From positions 1,358,291-1,422,290 of the forward strand of contig OZ241899.1 in assembly GCA_965203545.1 (NCBI GenBank): 64,000 nucleotides of DNA, written 5' to 3'. Position 1 is the stretch's first letter. Every line of letters starts with the position of its first letter. The position numbers and the translations under genes were made by a program. The stretch comes from Tepidiformaceae bacterium. Its GTDB lineage: Bacteria; Chloroflexota; Dehalococcoidia; Tepidiformales; Tepidiformaceae. Below the pieces are notes generated by a model. The model saw only the letters and a program-made list of their open reading frames with translations. It searched no databases and was not told the DNA's origin. This document shows, piece by piece, positions 59,007 through 64,000 of this stretch.

Positions 59007-59704
59007 TCGTCCGACCGGCCGGAGGTGGGGGTGCGGTAGGGGGCGCGAGCGTAGGCGAGGGCGTAGACGCGGCCGGCGCCGTGCTCGCGGAGGACGCGCG
59101 CGCACTCGCTCGCGGTGGCGCCGGTCGTGACGACGTCGTCGAGAACGGCGACGGTCGTTCCCTTGAGGGCAGGGCCGCGGTAACGGAAGGCTCCGGCGAC
59201 GTTCTCGCGGCGCTCCGTCGCGCTCAGGCCGACCTGGCTGGCGGTGGGGCGGATGCGGTCGAGGCGGCCGGGGGAGGGGGGCCAACCGAGACGATCGAAC
59301 AGGACCTCGGCCTGGTTGAAACCGCGCGAGCGGCGGCGGCGCGGGTGGAGGGGGATGGGGAAGATGGCGTCGGGGGAGAGTTCCCCGGTGACGGGGTAGA
59401 GGGCCTCGGCCATGTCCTCCGCGAGGTCGCGGATACCGCTGAACTTGAGGCCATGCACGACGCGACGGGCGGGGCCTGTCATCTCGAAGGCTGCACGAGC
59501 GCCGTCGAGGTCGCGCCAGCCGAGGCAGTCGGGGCAGCGGCCCTCGTCGTCGCGCCGGACCCCGCAACGACCGCAGCGGCCGGGTCCGCTCGCGGGCAGG
59601 AGCAGCGTGGAGCAGACTTCGCACAGGTTGCGGCCGAAGCCGGCGCAGCCAACACAGCGCGGCGGATAGAGCAGGTCGAGGGCGCGGGAGAGCAGGGTGG
59701 CCAC
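59003..59704 (-). CDS. comF: ComF-family phosphoribosyltransferase-fold protein
   Basis: N-terminal Cys clusters (PPRCVGC...CEVC...CGRCG...CPDC) and a C-terminal PRT motif VAVLDDVVTTGAT. Confidence 0.85.
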   Translation of the reverse strand: MATLLSRALDLLYPPRCVGCAGFGRNLCEVCSTLLLPASGPGRCGRCGVRRDDEGRCPDCLGWRDLDGARAAFEMTGPARRVVHGLKFSGIRDLAEDMAEALYPVTGELSPDAIFPIPLHPRRRRSRGFNQAEVLFDRLGWPPSPGRLDRIRPTASQVGLSATERRENVAGAFRYRGPALKGTTVAVLDDVVTTGATASECARVLREHGAGRVYALAYARAPYRTPTSGRSDD

Positions 59705-59748
59705 GGGCGGGCAGGATAACGCCGCCGGGGAGTGCGGGCGCTACACGC

Positions 59749-59754
59749 TACAAT
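59749..59754 (+). promoter_or_regulatory. TACAAT -10-like hexamer 7 nt before the moaD ATG (possible leaderless transcript)
   Basis: Read directly. There is no SD sequence and no convincing -35 element. Confidence 0.25.
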
Positions 59755-59761
59755 CCTCGGG

Positions 59762-60007
59762 ATGGCGATCACGGTGCTGTTCTTCGCCTCGCTGGCCGAT
59801 GCGGTCGGGACGCGCGAGCTGTCGCTGGCGCACGTCTCCGGGGATACGGTGGCGTCCGTGCGGGACCGGCTGGTGGCGGCGCACCCGCAGATCTCCGAGT
59901 TCACGGAGACGCTGCTCTATGCGGTCGACGAAGAGTACGCCGAAGAAGACGCGCCGGTACCGGCGGGCGCGACACTCGCACTGATTCCGCCGGTATCGGG
60001 AGGCTAA
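59762..60007 (+). CDS. moaD: Molybdopterin synthase sulfur-carrier subunit
   Basis: 81 aa, ubiquitin-like, ending in ...IPPVSGG. It sits immediately upstream of moaE. Confidence 0.85.
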   Translation: MAITVLFFASLADAVGTRELSLAHVSGDTVASVRDRLVAAHPQISEFTETLLYAVDEEYAEEDAPVPAGATLALIPPVSGG

Positions 60008-60009
60008 CG

Positions 60010-60465
60010 ATGCTGATCCGCGTGACGCCGGAACGGCTCGACCCAGAGGAAGCGATCGCAGCGGTGCGCCGCGACGAGGCCGGGGCGGTCGACGTGTTCC
60101 TGGGCGTGGTTCGCAACACCAACAAGGGCAGGGCAGTCGACCACCTCGTGTACGACGCCTATCCCTCGATGGCGGAGAAGACGATGCGGGAGCTGGCAGT
60201 GGAGGCGGTGGAGCGCTTCGACCTGACGGACAGCGCCGTGCTGCACCGCACGGGGCGGCTGGAGATCGGCGAGACGAGCCTGCTGGTGGCGGTGAGCGCG
60301 GGCCACCGGGCGGCCACGTTCGAGGCGGGACACTGGCTCGTGAATGAGGTGAAGCGACGGGTGCCCGTGTGGAAGAAGGAAGTGTGGGCGGACGGCGAGG
60401 AGTGGATCGAGGGGCCGGAGTCACTGGGAATGGAGCGCGCGCCCGCCACGATGCGCGGCTCGTGA
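60010..60465 (+). CDS. moaE: Molybdopterin synthase catalytic subunit
   Basis: GAVDVFLGVVRN, SLLVAVSAGHR and PVWKKE. Confidence 0.9.
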   Translation: MLIRVTPERLDPEEAIAAVRRDEAGAVDVFLGVVRNTNKGRAVDHLVYDAYPSMAEKTMRELAVEAVERFDLTDSAVLHRTGRLEIGETSLLVAVSAGHRAATFEAGHWLVNEVKRRVPVWKKEVWADGEEWIEGPESLGMERAPATMRGS

Positions 60466-60995
60466 CGAGCCACCCGCACGCGACCGGCCGCTTCTGCATG
60501 CAGTGCGGAAGCGGGCTGACGGAACGCGTCCCGCCGGGCGACACGATGGCGCGGCTGGTCTGCGAGGCCTGCGGGTTCGTGCACTACCTGAACCCTCGGC
60601 CGGTGGCGGGCACCATTCCGGTGCGCGAGGACGGCAGCCTGCTGCTGGTGCGGCGCGCGATCGAGCCGCGGCTGGGATCCTGGGTGTTCCCGGGCGGCTT
60701 CATGGACGTGGGGGAGACGGCGGAGGAGGCGGCCGCGCGGGAGACGCGCGAGGAGGCGAACCTGGAGGTCGACGAACTGTCGCTTCTGGGGGTGTACACG
60801 CGCACGCACGCGGGGGTCGTCGTGATCGTGTACGAGGCGCGGGCGCTGGGCGAGGGGTCGGCGGGATCGGAGACGAGCGAGATCGGGTGGTTCGCGCCGG
60901 ACGCCATCCCCTGGGACGAGCTCGCCTTCGACACGACGCACTGGGCGCTTGGGGCGTGGCTGGAGCGGCGGGGTCTGGGGCGGCTGGCGGGCTAA
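60462..60995 (+). CDS. NUDIX hydrolase with an N-terminal zinc ribbon
   Basis: FCMQCG...CEACGF, and the Nudix box GGFMDVGETAEEAAARETREEANL. The GTG at 60462 overlaps the moaE stop (GTGA). Confidence 0.85.
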   Translation: MTSHPHATGRFCMQCGSGLTERVPPGDTMARLVCEACGFVHYLNPRPVAGTIPVREDGSLLLVRRAIEPRLGSWVFPGGFMDVGETAEEAAARETREEANLEVDELSLLGVYTRTHAGVVVIVYEARALGEGSAGSETSEIGWFAPDAIPWDELAFDTTHWALGAWLERRGLGRLAG

Positions 60996-62347
60996 CGGCG
61001 GCGGCCCCCGCCGGAGCGGGGCGGGAGGTTGTAGGGCCGGGCGAGGATGGCGACGTGCTGGCTCAGCTTCGGGTCGAGCGCGCGCACGGCGACGCGGGGG
61101 TGGGCCTCGCGCAGCTCGTCGAGGGAGAGGGCGGCTGTGATGATGGTGGGGAGGCGCGAGGAGGCGCGGTAGTTCGCAATCTGGAAGAGCTTCTCGACCG
61201 CCCAGGACGAGCTGGTGTGGGGGCCGAGGTCGTCGAGGATGAGGAGTCCGGCGTTGCGGATGCTCTCGAACAGCTCGTCATAGCCGGGGTCTCCGCGGTT
61301 CGGGGCGAAGGAAGCTCGGAGGTGGTCGAGGAGGTCAGGGACGACGGCGAAAAAGGCGTCGCCGCCGTTACGGAGGACGGCATTCGCGACGGCCGCAGCG
61401 AGGTGCGTCTTGCCGCAGCCGCTCTCGCCGAGGATGAGCATCCAGCCCTCGGGGGCATCGGCGAAACGGTGGGCGCTCTCCCAGGCGGTTTGGAGGGACT
61501 CGTTCTCCTGGGAGGCGTAGTTGGGGAAGCGGGTGTGGAAGTTGTGGAAGCCGAAGTCCTCGAGGCGCTCGCGCGTCATGCCGCCGACCTGGCGGTAGCG
61601 GGCAAGGGGAGCGCCTCCTTCGAGGTCGAGGACGGCGCCGGAGGCGAGCCGCCGGGAGAGACGTTCCTCGAGGGAGTCGGTGAGGGAGTGGCAGGTGCAG
61701 ACGGTGGGGAGGGCGGCGTTGTAGCGCGCGTTCACGAGCTGGAAGAGCTTCTCGCGCGCCCACTCGCTGGAGGCGGCGGCGTCGATGTCGTCGAGGATGA
61801 GGAGCGGGGCGCTGCGGACCTGCTCGAAGAGCGTGTCGAAGCCGGGCTCGCCCTCGGTGGGCTCGTAGGAAGCGCGAAGGCCGTCCAGGAGATCGGGTGT
61901 GAACATGAAGAGGACGGGCTCGCCGCGGGCGATGCGTTCGTTGGCGATGGCGGCAGCGAGGTGGGTCTTGCCGGACCCACTGGGGCCCTTCAGGACAAGC
62001 CAGCCGTCGGGCGCGTCGGCGTAGGCGCGGACCTGGGCGGCGGCGGGAGTGGCCTCGCCGCGGAGGGCTTCGAAGGTGAAGCGGGTGAGGGCGCCGAGGT
62101 TGCTGATGCGTTCGAGCCGGGAGCGGCGCACCTCGCCGGTCTCGTCGAGGATGCAGGTACAGGGTTCCGCGCGGCCGAAGCGCGGATCTTCAAGCTCGCG
62201 CGAGCGGCGGACGAAGCCGGCCCCGCCGCAGCGGGGACATGCGTCCTCGTCCGGCTCGTCAGCTGGGGCGGGAGGCGGATCCTGCGGCTCCGTCACCGGC
62301 GTATCGGCGGCGGCGGAGCTCGACAGAATCTCGTCCAGTCGCTTCAT
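60992..62347 (-). CDS. DnaC/DnaI-like helicase-loader protein with an N-terminal Cys4 module and two tandem AAA+ modules
   Basis: Start MKRLDEIL (ATG at 62347). Zinc motif CPRCGG...CTC. Module 1 has GPSGSGKTHLAAAIAN (about 61987-61964) and LLILDDID. Module 2 has GESGCGKTHLAAAVAN (about 61429-61406) and LLILDDLG. Confidence 0.75.
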   Translation of the reverse strand: MKRLDEILSSSAAADTPVTEPQDPPPAPADEPDEDACPRCGGAGFVRRSRELEDPRFGRAEPCTCILDETGEVRRSRLERISNLGALTRFTFEALRGEATPAAAQVRAYADAPDGWLVLKGPSGSGKTHLAAAIANERIARGEPVLFMFTPDLLDGLRASYEPTEGEPGFDTLFEQVRSAPLLILDDIDAAASSEWAREKLFQLVNARYNAALPTVCTCHSLTDSLEERLSRRLASGAVLDLEGGAPLARYRQVGGMTRERLEDFGFHNFHTRFPNYASQENESLQTAWESAHRFADAPEGWMLILGESGCGKTHLAAAVANAVLRNGGDAFFAVVPDLLDHLRASFAPNRGDPGYDELFESIRNAGLLILDDLGPHTSSSWAVEKLFQIANYRASSRLPTIITAALSLDELREAHPRVAVRALDPKLSQHVAILARPYNLPPRSGGGRRR

Positions 62348-62978
62348 GGTGCTGGTTCCCCTCGGACCAGTTTTGGAGCATGCGCTCGATGTATTTCCAG
62401 TTGCGGACGTTGCGCTCGGCCGCCTCGCGGAAGGCGGACTCGACCAGGTGCTGCGGGTACTGCTCGGCGGCGACGAGGAGGCGTTCGGCGACCAGCGGTG
62501 TAATCGTGCCGACGTGCTCCTCGTACAGGTGGAAGATGTTGGGCCGTCGGGCAGGCTGGGGCTCGTAGGCGATGGCGCCGGGGCGAAGTTCGAGGTCGCC
62601 GCCCCGGGCGCGGGCCACGGCACGGCGGGAGGCGGGGTTGTTCACGAAGTAGACGGTCTCCTGGCGGCCGCTGCCGGCGAGGTCGAGGGCGAGCAGGGCG
62701 CCCAGCTCGACGCAGGCTGCGAGCCCTCGTTCGAGGGATTCGCGGCCGTCGGAGAGCGCTTCGAAGGTCGAGGCGGCATCGGGCAAGGCCCAGACCTGGT
62801 CGGCGGTGACGAAGCGGGCATCGCCCTGTTGCTCCTGGACGAGGCGGGCAACCCAGAGGAAGGCGAGCAGGTCGCCGGGTTCGCGCATGGCAGGCAACAC
62901 CGCCGAGAAGAAGGTGTTCGGGACGGCGGTGGCCTTGCCGATACCTGGAAAGCCCTCGAAGGAGGCGCCATCGCTCAC
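62259..62978 (-). CDS. DnaD-domain (replication initiation/helicase-loading accessory) protein
   Basis: The C-terminal NVRNWKYIERMLQNW is typical of the DnaD/DnaB_2 domain. Its GTG start overlaps the dnaB stop (GTGA), and its 3' end overlaps the loader gene by 89 nt. Confidence 0.6.
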   Translation of the reverse strand: MSDGASFEGFPGIGKATAVPNTFFSAVLPAMREPGDLLAFLWVARLVQEQQGDARFVTADQVWALPDAASTFEALSDGRESLERGLAACVELGALLALDLAGSGRQETVYFVNNPASRRAVARARGGDLELRPGAIAYEPQPARRPNIFHLYEEHVGTITPLVAERLLVAAEQYPQHLVESAFREAAERNVRNWKYIERMLQNWSEGNQHHEATGRDSVELRRRRYAGDGAAGSASRPS

Positions 62979-64000
62979 TGGTCGATCCCTTCGGGCGGGA
63001 GGTCCTCATCCTCCGACTGGAGGACCCAGTCCTCGAACTTGGCGAGTCGCTGGCGGAAGCGAAGGTCGACCGTTCCGGTGGGGCCGTTGCGGTGCTTGGC
63101 GACGATCACCTGGGCGACGCCCTGGGGGTAGGCGGTCTCGGGCATCTCCGGGTGCTCCGCCATCCACTGCTCGCGGGTGGTGTAGAGCTCCTCGCGGCTG
63201 AGGAAGATGACCACGTCGGCATCCTGCTCGATGGAGCCCGAGTCGCGGAGGTCGGAGAGCATGGGGATGCGGGGATGGCGCTGCTCGATGGCGCGCGAGA
63301 GCTGGGCGAGGGCGATCACGGGGACGTTCAGCTCGCGGGCGAGGCCCTTGAGGGTACGCGAGATGTAGCTGATCTCCTGGACGCGGTTCTCGCGGCCGTT
63401 CCAGCTCGCGTCGGACTGCATGAGCTGGAGGTAGTCGACGACGACGAGGTCGACACCGTGAGAGCTGGCGAGGCGACGAACCTTGGAGCGCAACTCGGCG
63501 ACGGTGAGGGTCGGGGAGTCGTCGAACCAGATGTTGGCGCCGGCGAGCTCGCCGGTGGCGCGGATGATGCGGCGCTCCTCCAGCTCGGTCTGGCCGCCGA
63601 GGCGGAGGCGCGTGCTGTCGACGCCTGACTCGGCCGCGAGGAGACGAACGGCGAGCTGCTCAGCCGACATCTCGAGGGAGAAGAAAGCGACGTTGGCGCC
63701 CTGGTTGATGGCGGCGTTACGGGCGATTCCGAGGGCGAAGGACGACTTTCCGACGCTGGGGCGGGCTCCCACGATGACGAGGTCCTCGCGCTTGAGGCCG
63801 CCGAGCAGGTGGTCGAGGTCGCTGAAACCAGCCTCGACGGCGGCGAGCTCGCGGCGTTCGGCGGCCTCGACGTCCTCGTCGAGGTAGGCCTGGAGGATCT
63901 GGCCGATGTGGACAAAGTCGCGGAAGTTCTCGCCGCCGCGCAGGCGCTGAAGCAGCTCCTCGGAGCGGGAGAAGACGGACTCGATGTCGGCGGGCGCCTC
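62975..64000 (-). CDS. dnaB: Replicative DNA helicase DnaB (C-terminal RecA-like domain; 5' part lies beyond the window)
   Basis: GFSDLDHLLGGLKREDLVIVGARPSVGKSSFAL (Walker A), VVVDYLQLM, ALAQLSR, SDLRDSGSIEQDADVV and AKHRNGPTG. The frame stays open to the right edge. Confidence 0.9.
   Translation of the reverse strand, partial: EAPADIESVFSRSEELLQRLRGGENFRDFVHIGQILQAYLDEDVEAAERRELAAVEAGFSDLDHLLGGLKREDLVIVGARPSVGKSSFALGIARNAAINQGANVAFFSLEMSAEQLAVRLLAAESGVDSTRLRLGGQTELEERRIIRATGELAGANIWFDDSPTLTVAELRSKVRRLASSHGVDLVVVDYLQLMQSDASWNGRENRVQEISYISRTLKGLARELNVPVIALAQLSRAIEQRHPRIPMLSDLRDSGSIEQDADVVIFLSREELYTTREQWMAEHPEMPETAYPQGVAQVIVAKHRNGPTGTVDLRFRQRLAKFEDWVLQSEDEDLPPEGIDQ

Noticed and set aside
59705-59761. 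Molybdenum-cofactor riboswitch upstream of moaD
   Set aside because: The whole divergent spacer is 57 nt, far shorter than a Moco riboswitch aptamer. No conserved Moco-motif features were seen.
60992-64000. Replication gene cluster as evidence of a prophage, plasmid or integrative element
   Set aside because: No integrase, transposase, partition, structural or lysis genes, att-like repeats or tRNA are visible. The flanking genes on the visible side are housekeeping (NUDIX, moaDE, comF), and there is no compositional shift that I can see. This cannot be fully excluded because the upstream side is outside the window.

Overview
This is a gene-dense, very GC-rich chromosomal segment (roughly two-thirds G+C by eye, with strong GC3 bias). 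I count about 66 protein-coding genes. I found no rRNA, tRNA, CRISPR array, transposase or integrase.

Housekeeping islands are infA, gltX-rluD-lspA, moaD-moaE, and an overlapping dnaB / DnaD-domain / DnaC-like replication operon. Between them sits a heavy load of paralogous redox and catabolic genes:
- 8 SDR or extended-SDR genes
- 2 DinB-fold, 2 SnoaL-fold and 2 ThuA-like proteins
- 3 APH/EcKL-fold kinases
- an LLM-class oxidoreductase
- 2 ACAD-fold flavoenzymes
- a Rieske oxygenase with its ferredoxin and a CoA-transferase
- an E1alpha/E1beta/NAD-kinase-like/E2/E3 2-oxoacid (acetoin/pyruvate-type) dehydrogenase operon

Other loci are an ATPase-less peptide-type ABC locus with two Tat-lipoprotein binding proteins, a MoxR-DUF58-Bat (VWA/TPR) operon, and an orphan His-rich AztD-like lipoprotein. 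The gene content suggests Chloroflexota (Thermomicrobia/SAR202-like) or Actinomycetota, but that is inference only.

The observations most worth a second look are:
1. A carboxymuconolactone-decarboxylase/AhpD-fold gene has an in-frame TGA exactly at the second Cys of its CxxC motif, followed by a bulged hairpin. It is a candidate selenoprotein.
2. A DnaC/DnaI-like helicase loader consists of two complete AAA+ modules in one polypeptide.
3. A 23-bp AT-rich palindrome lies upstream of the AztD-like metallochaperone gene.
4. A dinucleotide-repeat frameshift interrupts an ABC permease.
5. An XRE regulator is co-operonic with two paralogous membrane proteins and has twin operators over its promoter.
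6. The E2 component carries two subunit-binding domains, and the inserted NAD-kinase-like gene has no canonical start codon.
7. There are many independent tandem duplications, from 15 bp up to whole genes.

No database search could be run. All functional calls rest on motifs I recognise in the supplied translations or in my own translation of the sequence.
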